Shown: positions 51,574-64,000 of the stretch, piece by piece
Layout: every line of letters starts with the position of its first letter
Position numbering within the stretch: the first letter of the stretch is position 1
Source: Phoronis australis
Lineage: Eukaryota; Animalia; Phoronida
Direction of reading: 5' to 3'
Length of the DNA: 64,000 nucleotides
NCBI GenBank assembly: GCA_002633005.1
Contig: NMRA01000311.1
Location: 259,839-323,838 of the forward strand
Translations under genes and position numbers: made by a program
Notes under the pieces: generated by a model
Database searches by the model: none
Told to the model about the DNA's origin: nothing
What the model saw: the letters and a program-made list of their open reading frames with translations, nothing else

Positions 51574-53509
51574 ACATGTAACATTCTTGGAATTTTTTCC
51601 ATCAAGTTTGTTGAACGTATGAAACCTGCGAGACTGTGCATCATCGACACTGATGGACAAGACAAGATTTAATTCTTCATTGACCAAAATTTTAATAGGT
51701 GTAGACCAACTTTCCTCTAATGAACATACTCGTCGAGATTTTCTCACTGCAAGAAAACATGGTAGTTAATTGGCTGGTTTTTGAGCAGCGACAGCTAGAG
51801 GACCGTCTATAGTGAACTTACCGTCGGCGTGTACAGAATTGAGAAGAATGGAAACGCACACCACGTGCTTGTACACGGATGCATGTCAATCCACCAATCC
51901 ACGGTCAAAGTGGACAATGGATGAACAACGTATTTGACGATCACTTTCAATTCGAAATTTGATGCTTGCACTTCACCGTACTATGCTAGCATATGTATAC
52001 CAAAATAGCAGATAACAAACCTATTTTCTGCTGTTTTGTTTCTTGGTCGATTTAACGGCTTTCACACCGCACCCATGTGGGAGCTGTCTTTCAGCCATAT
52101 AGCTTAGCTAGGTATAGATTACTTCTAGTCAGACTTCCTTGTTACCCTATGGCGTAGCCACCACGCGGGTTCAATGGCGATGAAAAACATAAAGCCTACT
52201 TCGATCTACGAAAACACCGTTCGGGCGAAATCGGCCGAGTACGACCCGATCGATGATTAGGTGGCACTGAACAGTTAGTCTAGAGGTGGGACAGGCTTGG
52301 GGCCATTTTTAGTTAGGTATTGCATGTAAGCCTAGTAAATGTGTGTTGAGAATGAAAAAAGATCACTTGCCCGGTTGTAGCTGCACTCTTCTTCAAGATG
52401 GCGGCCCCCTGTTGGAATTGCGCATTAATTTCTGGCTAGCGACTGAGAAGTTGGCTGCGATTTCAGGTAGCCCTCAACAGATTTGCAAAAAATAGTTGGT
52501 TTAAAGTACTTTTGGAATCGTTAGGAAACTTGCTTTCAGAATATGTTTGCTTTAGTCGAGCATCGGCAAGGAAGTGGTGGTTTTGGGGAGAAAAGTACCG
52601 ATTTTTGGCCTCCTTTTTCTTACTCTACGTTGCTTTTCAATATGGGTGAAAGGGTCAAAATACAAAAGAGAATAAAGTTTCTGTGCTCACCTGCAGGCCT
52701 TGTGATGCGAAATGACTCAAATGTTAACGTTCTTTGCATGCAGCTTTTGACAGAGAGACAAAAGGGTGACGAGTCCATTGACGTGTGTTCTGATAGGCAA
52801 ACCCCTGTGAGAACTGTTTTGTGCCCGCTTACGTGAAGCGCTTTAAATCATCATATCTTTAACAGATATGCTGGGGCTGGGGCTGGGGCTGAACGTTTTC
52901 GAACCCCCCGAACACAGCCTTCGAAATGATGAATGGTTAAAATCCGACCGGGTGAGAAATGGAATGTGTGAATGATCCAGCCACGAAAATAATACAACAG
53001 TGTGAAAGGGTACTAATGACTTTTTAAGAATCTTATTAACACGTAACTTTATACCTTGGTGTGTTAGCTGTTACATGGCAAAAATGCATATCGCACTGTA
53101 AGTGCATGTACACTCGGTTGCAAATATTCACTCTGGCCGGTATACACCATCATGTAAACTGGTTTATGGTACAAACGTACGTTGTCTAGCACATACGTAC
53201 ATAAAACACACTATACGAAAAAAATCCCACAGTCCTTCTGAATTTCAACGTTGACATTCGTTAAGCAAGTGTGGCAACAATGCGCGACTACGTACTCAAA
53301 AAATTATGAGGAAGAGGGAACAAATCTGACACTTGTTGTGCTTAAATCCGGTGTTCGCCCCTTTCTGTGGTCAATTTTCACAACCTTTCAGAGACAACCG
53401 ACGATACAAATTCCGCTACACCACCATCGTAATTCTTTACTGAACACACTTGTCTTTTGAAATATTAACTCCGTTCCCCGCCGCTAGGAGAAAACGGTGG
53501 GCTGGACAA

Positions 53510-53793
53510 ATGGGAGCTTGGCGACAGACGGAACAAGGGCATTCGACAGCGACACACTTGCTCACTACTGAGAAGCCAGCCGGGCGGCGTGGATCGGTGG
53601 TGACTATGTCCTCCAACAGAAAGGTGATAGTTTTGTGTATAGTGGTAGCTGTCGTTTCCGTGGTTATCGGAGTTCTCATTGGGTACTTCAGTAGACAATT
53701 CCCATCAGCGAATTTAACGAAGGAGGCCGACCCTTCCATATCAAAGAAATTGATAGATGGAATCGAACCACAGAGTATTCGTCAATTTCTCCG
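53510..53793 (+). CDS. GCPII/NAALADase exon 1 (cytosolic tail and signal anchor)
   Basis: ATG 53510 (alternative 53606); VIVLCIVVAVVSVVIGVLIGYFS...IRQFL CG|gtaag. Confidence 0.88.
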
Positions 53794-53804
53794 GTAAGTG
53801 CCGC

Positions 53805-54136
53805 AAGCCCGGGTTGCAAAAAATCCTCAAAATTCATCCATTGAATAAGTTTGTTGGTTGCAGGATGTCAAATACACTATTCAAAAATGGCAATATGACG
53901 TGTGATAATGCGGTATGTCCTTGCTTGTTATAATCCAGTTCCAATTTAGCCTATACAGCTGTGTCCATGAATAATGTAGACCTGGACTGGGTTGCATAAA
54001 ACTTCAAAGTTATCCGCTGGATAAGTTTGATTGTTACATTAGGCCAGGTGCATTGTTCAACACTATAACAACGTGACGCGTGATAATGCGACGTCATTGT
54101 TGCTATACGGCGTGTAACTTTTATGCAGCTAGACCC
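53805..54136. repeat. Two adjacent diverged copies of a short MITE-like unit
   Basis: GGGTTGCA.AAAA...ATAAGTTTG...ACACTAT...TGACG.GTGATAATGCG occurs twice; the second copy ends in the inverted TTTTATGCAGC. Confidence 0.55.
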
Positions 54137-54949
54137 TGCAGTTTATCAACGTGGCGGAAGCGTATTCCAATGTGAATTCTTGCTTTTGGATATCGTTACG
54201 TTTGCCTCTAGTATTATTTTTTTGTATTTCGACGTGCCAAGCTTATAATTTCGACTGAAACGTTCGGCGACAGCGCTCAGCTTAGGTGGTCGCCCAACCC
54301 AAAATTACTGAGAGTTGCTAACTGTTCCGTGTACTTACAAACCAAATTTCTCTGATCTTGTACCCTTGCAATGAAAATAAATTTAATCCTATTACCAGTG
54401 CAACTTACCACCCGTATAAAATCGCGCGTTGTAAGCCATGTTTTCTTACGACCAAGTCAGCTCATCTCTAATTTGTGTAAGACAAAACAGTGAAAGTAAG
54501 ATAACTTTAATATTGCCATTGTATTTATATCCAATCTATAATTTCCACGGTAACTGTTACTATGCATATTATTTAGTACGCCATATTATTTCATCATTTC
54601 ATTTGATCAAAAAGTAAATAGGCTGAGCATTCCCATTTCATAGCCATCGCGTGTGTGTCTTGATCAGCGTGACGTCACAAACTTGTAGACATCTCAAACT
54701 CATACGATGGTCCTCCCGACAGTGTTTGAGAACAAAGTGGTCAGAAAATCAACGTTTTAGTAATTTATAGTCTCACCGGCATACCGCCGTGGGGTGCTCC
54801 AATTCGTTTGAGGAGGGGCAGGGGGGTGAGAAATAAGGTTACTCACGTCTTTAGAAAGTCGCCACGATACAGCACCACTCCTTTTAGAGAGTTTCTTCGT
54901 GAAAGTGCAAGTGCAGTATGACTTACCAGACAATACTGGAATGCCACTG

Positions 54950-55130
54950 CATGCGCGCACCCAGGTTAAAAAATGGGGGGCTCGAATCTTTTAATTGTGG
55001 AGTCGCCGAATTTAGGTAGTTTCTGCCTTTTTAGTGGACTTTTGTCGCATTATCTACGTTTTTCTGAGTGCTTGCTTCTTTGAGGCGGATCATTTTGTTC
55101 ACTTCGCACTTCCTGGGCGGTGCGCGCATG
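54950..55130. mobile_element. MITE, CATGCGCGCACC TIRs, 5-bp TSD CACTG
   Basis: cactg|CATGCGCGCACC...GGTGCGCGCATG|cactg. Confidence 0.85.
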
Positions 55131-55253
55131 CACTGTTATTGAAATTTCACTATTTTTAAGTTATTGGGGAAAACGTATTCTTGCTACGAAAATAGAGTAG
55201 AAAAATAAACCTATTATAGACCAACGACAGCATCTTCTCTGGAATTTATCCAG

Positions 55254-55545
55254 GAACCTGACAACCCGTCCCCATTTGGCGGGAACGCCGGCAGATTTGC
55301 AGCAGGCACGGGAATTTGAACAATTCTGGCGGGAAGATGTTGGAATGGACCAAGTCGACATTGTTGCCTATGACGTTCTGCTGTCTTACCCTGACGACAA
55401 AAAACCAAATGTAGTCAACGTGATAGACAGCTCGAGAAACGTTATATTCCATACTCAGTTGTTTGAAGAGATCCTGCGTCCCGATCAAAATCAGCCGAAC
55501 GTTGTTGCGCCCTTCAACGCTTACTCTGCTCCAGGAGTAGTGACT
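55254..55545 (+). CDS. GCPII/NAALADase exon 2
   Basis: NLTTRPHLAGT...YDVLLSYP...PFNAYSAPGVVT|gtgag. Confidence 0.94.
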
Positions 55546-56584
55546 GTGAGTATCTAGTATCCTACAGGTCCTTCACAAACCCGTAGCATTTCATGTCTTT
55601 TTACAACCCAGATGTTGGAATCACGAAAGAAACCCTCACAAACTTATCTCAAAATTCAAAATTAACACGATGACAGTTTGTTATTGCCAAAAAGAATTGA
55701 AGAGTCCCCTTGAAAAGGTCCAATTTCGAACAGGGTGGCCAACACCGTAAAATAATGGATTTTTGACACTCCATTTACTTAGTGACGTCATGAATGATGT
55801 GTTTGGGAATGGAAATAATTTTTGTTATGCACATGGGGTTGAGAGGTTTAAGATATCGTTTTTGTATTTGACTTACTTGTTTCATATTTGTCATTTTATG
55901 TAATGATTAAAAATAAAATCCCCTTTTTATCGGATTTGAGACCACTATCAGTGGAAACACTTGTACAGAAATTTACTAGTCATTTCATACTCATGGCCGA
56001 ATAATGGGACTCTGAGGAAAACGGCAAGAGCCAGTGTTGTCTTCAACTGTACTTTTATTACTAACCACATACATGTATGAACTCCTTTTTTTCTCAATTT
56101 CTTGCAAATTATGAGCAAAAACAGATGATACACTATTTGTGCAGTTAAGAAGCGAAATTGTCCTGGTCCAGGCTAAGGTATACCTGAACTGCCAACGGGT
56201 GGTTCCTTGAGCGGACCTCAAGCGCTGGTGGGGGAGGTCGGTTGCCTTCGCACCAGTCGCACCCTCCTGGACTACAGATACTTTGTTGTATCATTTACTG
56301 CATATGTGTATCATTTTTATTTCTACGTACATGTTGAGTGAATAAAACCAAAAACCTCTCTTTTACTTGTACGGAAAATGGTTTGAAGACATAAACCTGC
56401 AGCCTGTTGACAACTTTGTGATTGTTTTGCCACGACTTGGAGAGTGTGTCTTTAGCTGAGAACTGACTACACTGTCTTACACCACTTGTGCACACGCGAT
56501 GTTTGTTGATAAAAAATAACTGCCTGTTATTTATGAAACACTGTTAACAAAAATAGGATTCGCATAATTAAATTCGGTTCTCAG

Positions 56585-56710
56585 GGCGATTTGGTGTACG
56601 TCAACTACGCGCGTGCTGAGGATTTCGATTGGTTGGAGACCAATACAAACATCAACGTTAGTGGCAAGATCGTCATAGCGAGATACGGAAAGATATTCCG
56701 AGGAAACAAG
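56585..56710 (+). CDS. GCPII/NAALADase exon 3 (PA domain)
   Basis: [10 protein letters not shown]...[16 protein letters not shown]|gtagg. Confidence 0.95.
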
Positions 56711-58436
56711 GTAGGACACGAACCATTTTATTTACTTTTATTTTTTTCCAGCCAGTTTGAAACGTCTAGAAAGCAAACCTTTAATTTAAACCACCTATAC
56801 CGCTATAAACCTGCTCTCAGCTTGTTCCTCACGCAGACGAGAAGTGATTTCGGGCTTGCAAAGAACTGTAAATGTGATGTTTTTAGAGACGGCGCTCGTT
56901 GCATAAAATGACACGCCGTGACATACTATGTAACTTGTATACATCATCTCAACCATGTAATAACGAACTGTTAGTTCTTCAGAGGTACTGATAAAATTTC
57001 CATTTTGACTAAGAAACAATGCGAGGCAAATTTCTTAAAGGTAAGTTTTCTTAACCATTGTTCTTTGATGGAAGGTGGGTTTACAACCGCTTGTAAAAAG
57101 TACTTCAAAAAGGCACTCATAGTTACTGAACAGAAACTAGTTGAATGCGTGTTAATGCATGCAAGCATAAAATAAAAAGTCTCCCGTGTACAGCTGCATA
57201 TCCGTGACCGTCAAGGATGACATAGCCATGGAATGTGGGCTGAGTTCCGTTGACCAAAGAGTCTAGAGAAAAAGCGAGAACACGCATGAAAATCACTCAA
57301 GTAAAAGGCAACTGTTATCGCGAGTATCGGGAACTTGCAGGTGTACCGAAGTAAAATGGCAAGGGGTTATCTCCGTAAAAGTGTCTTTCACACGTCTATG
57401 GCCTCCTTTTCCAATTATTATTACTATAACTTGTAAGCTCTTTGATCTGTAATCATCGCGTATTTAGAAATAAATGTATCGTATATAGTACCGTATCGCG
57501 GCCATCGAAGTGGTAATGGCCAAGGGTTCCGGATTTTGAGAACCAGAGTAAATTCTCCCACTGAGTAACGGCCATCAAGGAGCTTAAGTTCTCAATTAAA
57601 TTCCGGCAGAAAATCACCGTTTCCGTTCCATAAGCGAAGATTTCTCGCCGCATGAGTGCAGTAATGGCCTAAGGTGTCCAGACACTAACGCAATGAGTTG
57701 CACCTGGGACACCTCGCTAGTCCCAATCAGCCAAGTTCCCAACGCACAATACCACGAATGGTGTCAAGGCAGTAACGAACGCAATCCTTTTTGTGTTTAT
57801 GGCGACTAAAAACGGAAGCCCCTCAATGACTAAAACACCTTGCTCATTTAGCGCTTCTGACAAAGACCGTACCATAGACTATAGGAGATTACAATATCTG
57901 CTACCCTCCGTCTCTCGGCAGCGGCTAATAACTGTTTCGTATGAGACATATCTGTTATCAAGTAAAAACCGCACTGCACTTTTAGGTCCCATCGCGTGTT
58001 ATTCAGTGGAACATTTCCCGTCCCTGGCACCCTGGAGTCAACTGCAATGTCACCCGAAGATTATAGATTACTACCACATGCTCATGGCGGCGTGTTGATA
58101 AGACAACGTGTTAGCACCAACTGAATCAAAGTCATCTGTTCAAGGACGAGTTATTTATGAGCAGCCCGTGTAAACACAACTGCGTGATACAAAAATAAGT
58201 GATAACAGGAATGTCGTCTTCCCTCGTGTTTGCGCATGTATTTGCAACATGTGCCAAGGAATGTACGCTTATAGATCGTCTTACATTTTTTTGAAGCAAA
58301 CAACATCATTTTAAAAACTGTCTGTTTATGCAAACCAAATATCCGATTGAATTCTAATTATTTTAAAACATCACTGACACTCTCTAAATTCGGGGAGACA
58401 GAGGACAAGCTTTTGGTGCTCAGATTGTTGCTATGG

Positions 58437-58684
58437 CATGCCCGTACCCAGCCTTTAATATGGGGGGAGGGCTCGAATTCCTGGCGATGTGGACCTTTTG
58501 CTGATAAAAAAGCGGGAGGACTAAAAAAAACGGGGTACCACCTTCACTCTGCGTCTGCGCCTATTTAGTGGACTTTTGTCTCGTTTTCTTGGACTTTTTG
58601 TTTCTCAGAGGCGGACCTTTTTGCCCACTTCGCCAAATGGGGGTCTCATTCGAGCACCCCGAGCCCCCCTTGGGTGCGCGCATG
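58437..58684. mobile_element. MITE, CATGCGCGCACC family
   Basis: tatgg|CATGCCCGTACCCA...TGGGTGCGCGCATG|tatag; interior similar to the 54950 and 42660 copies. Confidence 0.8.
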
Positions 58685-59094
58685 TATAGTAATAGCAGTA
58701 TTTACAATGACAACGCCAGCCCAGCCAATGAGGCTGGGGATACCAATTGAACATCATTTCCGCCCGTAGTCCCTGAGTCGTCTAACAAAAGGACCAGGCT
58801 ACTTATTATGAGCACCGGAACACGAAATTGAGATTTCAGTAACGTCATATCAGTCTTGTTACTCCGTAATGTGTCGATTTACGTGCAATTACCCTCAAAA
58901 CAATACCCTGCAGGGACAGTGGTATGACCTATTTACTCGAAATTCAGCAGGAAATTATTTATTAACATATCCATCCCACTTTATTACGAACTCAAGATAT
59001 GCATCTATTGTTCTGTACTCAAGTTTGTTACGGTTTACATGTATGACTGTTATCCTGTTTGCACTTAATGACCCCTGCATTAAAACTATAAGGT

Positions 59095-59660
59095 ACTCGA
59101 AATAGAACTTGAAATTATGTTTGTCATTTTCTATTCTACTTTTGAGCGAACTCAAAATAAGTGTCTATTATTCTGTGCTAGAGTACCTATGGCTTGCCTG
59201 AATAACTGTCTAATCGTAATTTGAACTTTATGACCCCAGCATTATGGCTAAAAGTTCGAGTCTCAACTCAAAATTTCAAAGTTTTTACTCGAAATCTCGA
59301 AAGCTCGAATATAGCGGTCATCAAATGCGAACTTGGACTAAAACCTCGTATGCATAAACCATAATCGATGTACTCTAGCACAGAATAATAGACACTTATT
59401 TTGAGTTCGCTCAAAAGTAGAAAAGAAAATGCCAAAAATAATTTCGAGTTCGATTTGAAGTACAAAGATTAAACCCCAGGTCCAAGTTTTTAGCTCAATC
59501 TAGGGGTCACCAAGTGCAAATTTAGACCATGTGATGACTCGAGTAATCTAGCTGTAATATACTCGAGCATAGAATAATAGATAATTATCTTAAGTTCGAA
59601 TTAAAGGAGAACGCAATATTTCAAAAATATTTTGGAGTTCGAGATTAAACCCCGGACCCT
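59095..59660. repeat. Complex inverted-repeat region
   Basis: 59102-59187 and 59370-59457 are near-perfect inverted arms; 59218-59253 is inverted at 59488-59523; a partial third arm lies at 59558-59600. Confidence 0.85.
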
Positions 59661-59723
59661 GACACCCATATTAAAGGTATTCTCGATTTTAAGGCTGTGA
59701 CAATCTTCGTAACGTGTTTTCAG

Positions 59724-59904
59724 GTGACTAACTCGTATAAATATGGCGCTGTTGGTGTCATACTCTACTCTGACCCAGACGACTACGCGGTTAGCGGAAC
59801 TTCAAAAGTTTATCCTGACACCTGGTGGCTACCTCCGACGGGAGTACAAAGAGGAAGCCTGAGACTTGGGGGCGACCCTCTAACGCCTCTTTATCCGTCT
59901 GTTG
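59724..59904 (+). CDS. GCPII/NAALADase exon 4
   Basis: GAVGVILYSDPDDY...YPDTWWLPPTGVQRG...GDPLTPLYPSV G|gtaaat. Confidence 0.95.
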
Positions 59905-60616
59905 GTAAATGCAGTTTCGAGCTCTTTATATCACGTGAAAGGAACTATTTTTAACACTTGTTGAACTCTTTTGACAGTCAATTTCGCGTCTATAATTCTA
60001 CCTAGGCACACTTCCAAATTCAGTAGATGACAAACACAGAATTTAATTTTATTGACCGAACAGATCTGCAGATTTCACGTCCATTCTTCAAAGAATGTCA
60101 TTTTAAAGAAATGGACGTCCCTTGATAGCACCCGGTCAGATGGTGGTTTCACGCACAGCTTCTGTAATCAGCGAAGATGAAAACGAATGCTTTCACTGAT
60201 TGGCTACAGCGTATAAACACTTGAAGAACGCGGATTAAACTTTCTCTCAGAGTTCAAAAATTGTTTATACAGCTAACCCAGTTTTCGAGAGACAGGGCAG
60301 CTAACACACTTTTGAGCCAAGTCGGACAAGTGGAGGACAATTGATTACGCTGTACTCAGCTCTTCAAACATATTAATGCCTGTATGCAACAGTAAGACTT
60401 TTTGTTATCAGAATTACAAATGGCAGGCTAATAGCAATGCAAAATAGTTGTTAACATGGCGACCAAGCGCCCTACGGACACGCAGCATTTTGGGTAATTG
60501 CTACAGACTCGGGGAGAGCACTGTGATATTTTCGGTAGTAGTTATTAGATTTCAAGCTCAATTTTCATGCACTCGTACGTTTACTTTGACCAAATTCCCC
60601 ATGTAATGACTTTTAG

Positions 60617-60713
60617 AAAGTGCCTACAGAATTTCTGAAGAAGATGACGAAGCGCGACTTCCAAAAATCCCTGTTCATCCGATAGGCTACGGTGACGCCA
60701 TGATTCTTCTTGG
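60617..60713 (+). CDS. GCPII/NAALADase exon 5
   Basis: ttttag|AA; SAYRISEEDDEARLPKIPVHPIGYGDAMILL GG|gtgag. Confidence 0.93.
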
Positions 60714-61626
60714 GTGAGTCGAATGATCGACCAAGTAAATGGTGATGAAAATGTCCTTACTCCATTCAAAACAAATAGCAATGTGGAAAAATGGTTCAAA
60801 ATTTGTTTTGTTTGTTAAAGGCTGCCAATCTTTTCCCTCACGGTACGCTTCATGCAGTACTGTAGTTGTAAAATTAGAGGTAAGTAGGCTCCCAAAGCCC
60901 ACCGTATCACCTTGAGCACTGAACGTAACTTACGGTGCGTTGGCGCTACGTTTAAATGCCAAAAGGTGGTTGGTGGCGCCTACATGCGCCTACGCTCCAC
61001 TACAGCACTGGCCGCATGGACGTTCTCTGTGACGTCCTCTAGTCTCATTAACTCAACTCTACAGCTCGCAAGAGAAAATTGCGTTAACGAGAAAGGGACG
61101 TCGTTAATGAGAAAGCCTGTGCGGACCGCGCGGGAAGAAGATTGACAGCCCTATAATGAACCTGCAGAAACAAAAGTACTCGCAAAAATGACAAAATAAT
61201 GCTTTCACAGAAAACGTCAAAAGTGATTATACTGAATGACTCGGAATTGCCCGTCAGGACGGCTGAAAGCCGGCAGAATTCACCATCAGAGCACTGGTAC
61301 ATGTACCTGAATGGTCATTGTCATGACGGAGAAACGGTAGTTTGTTTAATTAGTTTCGTCTTGTACTTTACATCATATTCTTTCAAATCAGTTTAATGGT
61401 GAACAGGCACCGATCTAGGATCACGGTCAGAGGAAGGTCTAGATCCGACAAGAGAAAGGGATAGCATGCATTTTGCATTCATCCACTGCAAGAATACGGG
61501 CTCCCTGCCCTGCAAGGGATATTTTTCACTTATTAAAATTGATCAGTAATTGCACTAATATAACATCTGTAGTTTGGTATTATAATTATTTGCGAGCACA
61601 AAAAACAGTCTGCTTATTGTTTATAG

Positions 61627-61716
61627 CAATATGACCGGTGACGATGCGCCAGAACATTGGAAAGGGGCGTTGCCGATAACATACAAGATCGGACCTGGAT
61701 TCACACAGGCGCTCTG
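61627..61716 (+). CDS. GCPII/NAALADase exon 6 (probable GC donor)
   Basis: ttatag|C; NMTGDDAPEHWKGALPITYKIGPGFTQAL TG|gcaagt. Confidence 0.85.
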
Positions 61717-61843
61717 GCAAGTACACGTATACATGTACTGAGAAGTGATTCGCAAAAATGTCTTAGTGTAGACAGTGGAATGAGCTTTTGCATTCTACAA
61801 CTGTAAGTTACTGTTATCTTTCACTAAAAAAGTTCACACAGTG

Positions 61844-62008
61844 CAGTGGCGGATTTAAGGGGGGGGGGGTGGGGCAAAGGGGGCCATGCCCCCCTAAAGC
61901 GCTCTCAGATTCCATTTGGCAATACGGGAGTGAGAACGTTTGACGGGCAAAATCCTGGCTAATACTCTACCGTGGACCCCCTAACTCAAAATCCTGGATC
62001 CGCCACTG
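61844..62008. mobile_element. MITE, 11-bp TIRs, 5-bp TSD CAGTG
   Basis: cagtg|CAGTGGCGGAT...ATCCGCCACTG|cagtg. Confidence 0.88.
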
Positions 62009-62090
62009 CAGTGAGATCGACTCTCAAATGCAATGAGCAATGAAGAGCGGTTCGTGACAAGTCTGGATTGAATGATCTTCGTACTCAACC

Positions 62091-62402
62091 GTGTTAATCA
62101 CGCGAGAAAACATTGAGAATGTCCACATTGTGTTAATCATGCGAGAAAACATTGAGAATGTCCACATTGTGTTAATCACGCGAGAAAACATTGAGAACGT
62201 CCACATTGTGTTAATCACGCGAGAAAACATTGAGAATGTCCACATTGTGTTGATCACGTGAGAAAACATTGAGAATGTCCACATTGTGTTAATCACGCGA
62301 GAAAACATTGAGAACGTCCACATTGTGTTAATCACGCGAGAAAACATTGAGAATGTCCACATTGTGTTAATCACGCGAGAAAACATTGAGAATGTCCACA
62401 TT
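62091..62402. repeat. Minisatellite, 39-bp unit, 8 copies
   Basis: (GTGTTAATCACGCGAGAAAACATTGAGAATGTCCACATT)n. Confidence 0.96.
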
Positions 62403-62613
62403 GAATTTCAATTTGTTGATCATGTGTTCTTCGTGCTTGTTCATTTTGAAGACTGCCAAAAAATCAATTATTGCAAAATACATGAACTCAGATATAAAAG
62501 TATGAAAAATTAGTTAAATGTAAATAAGCACAAACCTAGTATGATCAAGGTCGACTAACGCTTTGGTGTCTACAACATATTTTAATAGTACTAACATCTG
62601 TTTATGCTTGCAG

Positions 62614-62699
62614 GAAAACGGAAATGAAAATATCTACTCGCAACAAAAGGGTCAAAACGTACAATGTAATCGGATTTATCAAAGGGGACATCGAACCAG
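62614..62699 (+). CDS. GCPII/NAALADase exon 7
   Basis: TACTAAC branch point at 62589; ttgcag|G; KTEMKISTRNKRVKTYNVIGFIKGDIEP G|gtttg. Confidence 0.92.
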
Positions 62700-63806
62700 G
62701 TTTGAAAGCGATTCACGTCAATTGAATTTCTTAGTCAATTTCTATTTCAAATGCAATTTAGTTTATGAACGTTTTTTTTTGGGTTTGGAAAGCAAACTTG
62801 TGAGTCAACGTCTACCATTTTGTAACAGTAACGGATAAGTAAAGTTTTACTCACATGGTAATTGAAAAGTTCACTTCTTAATTGTATTCAAGTGTGTCAC
62901 ATATGGGTACCTGGGCTTAACTGTGTATTGTACCGTCGAACGCCGCTTTAATGAACTCACTGAAAGGCAAACGTTGATTTTGTACTGCGTGTCTGTTGGA
63001 TCTAAATTTGGCGAACGTATTATTATACCGGGCTTCTGTATCATGTTATGCACCAAACACAACCGTGATATTTAATCCGGGTACAAAAGCACCTCTCATT
63101 CAGTTGCTTCGTAATTACTGTCAGGGATTGCAAGGACACGCAGCTTTGGATTTTTTATTAGTATCAAAGATCACGAGTCGTTGCGATGTATGAAATAGGA
63201 AAAATTCGATTCAGTTTAACCTTATTCGCCATACACTGATCCAACAACTTTAAAGACCGGCGTACCCGCTTCATCACTCGAAGTTAGATTGCGTTTACAT
63301 GTATAACTCATAAGCATGTCTGTCAAGTTCTGACGTATTTAAAATTGTACCCAATCCTAATAATGTGGGTCTCAATCGTGTTGTGAGTCCCAATCGTACG
63401 TGTCATTGTAATAGTTCCTGATACGTCACCACTAAAAGGGACGTTATCGGTTTTACGGCGGAAAAGCGCATTTTTATTATTGTTAGGTGGGATAGACGTC
63501 ACGGAGTTCTTAGCTGTAAAACAACAAAATCTGTTGTGTTGTGTTTTTCATTACAAACCATTGATTCTCGCCGTTGTCAGCCAGACATATGCTGAACTCA
63601 AGTTATCGAATGGGATTTAGCTCTTCCAGTAGAATCAGACTGCGGGGTTGCAGCTTCGGTTCCGCGCTGAGGCTGATCCCAGAAAATCACTCACCTCAAA
63701 TGCAATGTCTCTTAAAACAGCCGCATAGCCGTGCGCGTGAAATCATAATCATAGACTTAGCATCACACTATAACAGGCTGTCCAATGAGATTTTATCAAA
63801 TTCCAG

Positions 63807-63926
63807 ACCGTTACGTTATCATTGGTAACCATCGTGACGCCTGGGTATTCGGAGCTCTCGACCCGTCCAGTGGTTCAGCCAGTATGCTGGAACTAAGCAG
63901 AGTCTTCGGGAAAATAATAAAAGGAG
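63807..63926 (+). CDS. GCPII/NAALADase exon 8 (zinc ligands)
   Basis: ttccag|AC; [32 protein letters not shown]...G G|gtgag. Confidence 0.95.
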
Positions 63927-64000
63927 GTGAGGACCATTCAAGAGCAATACCAAAGACCAGTACCGTAAATATGCTAACAGAAGCCGGCTTCTAACAGAAA

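Larger units (their letters stand above)
53510..63926 (+). other. Glutamate carboxypeptidase II / NAALADase-family (M28B) gene span, 3'-truncated by the window; 8 exons
   Basis: Type II TM anchor, PHLAGT, PA-domain motifs ([27 protein letters not shown]) and zinc-site motifs IIGNHRDAW and DPSSG. FOLH1 versus NAALAD2 orthology cannot be resolved by eye. Confidence 0.95.

Noticed and set aside
57480-57820. Possible HDV-like ribozyme or SINE central domain
   Set aside because: I could not build the nested pseudoknot, and the similarity to SINE domains was too weak to call by eye.
62024-62513. Repetitive ORFs (MWTFSMFSRVINT)n and the opposite-strand equivalent
   Set aside because: By-product of a 39-bp intronic minisatellite whose length is a multiple of three.

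Overview
This is AT-rich, intron-rich eukaryotic DNA, probably from a lophotrochozoan invertebrate (inferred from the four-repeat carboxypeptidase D). Three spliced genes lie on the + strand. (1) The last 24 coding exons (2907-30223) of carboxypeptidase D (M14B). They encode the end of repeat 1, an intact repeat 2, two catalytically degenerate repeats, a TM helix and an acidic cytosolic tail; every splice phase joins in frame. (2) A small gene (coding exons 40159-40244 and 41820-42192; start exon unresolved) encoding a signal-peptide-bearing, Cys-rich, permuted papain-fold (PPPDE/LRAT-like) protein, which is the most unusual item. (3) The first 8 exons (53510-63926) of a glutamate carboxypeptidase II/NAALADase (M28B) gene, with a probable GC-AG intron. 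Introns and intergenic DNA hold a decayed non-LTR retrotransposon, a frameshifted THAP remnant, many MITE/foldback elements, minisatellites, degenerate copies of exon sequence in adjacent introns, and a 124-N assembly gap. All calls come from manual reading; no searches were run.
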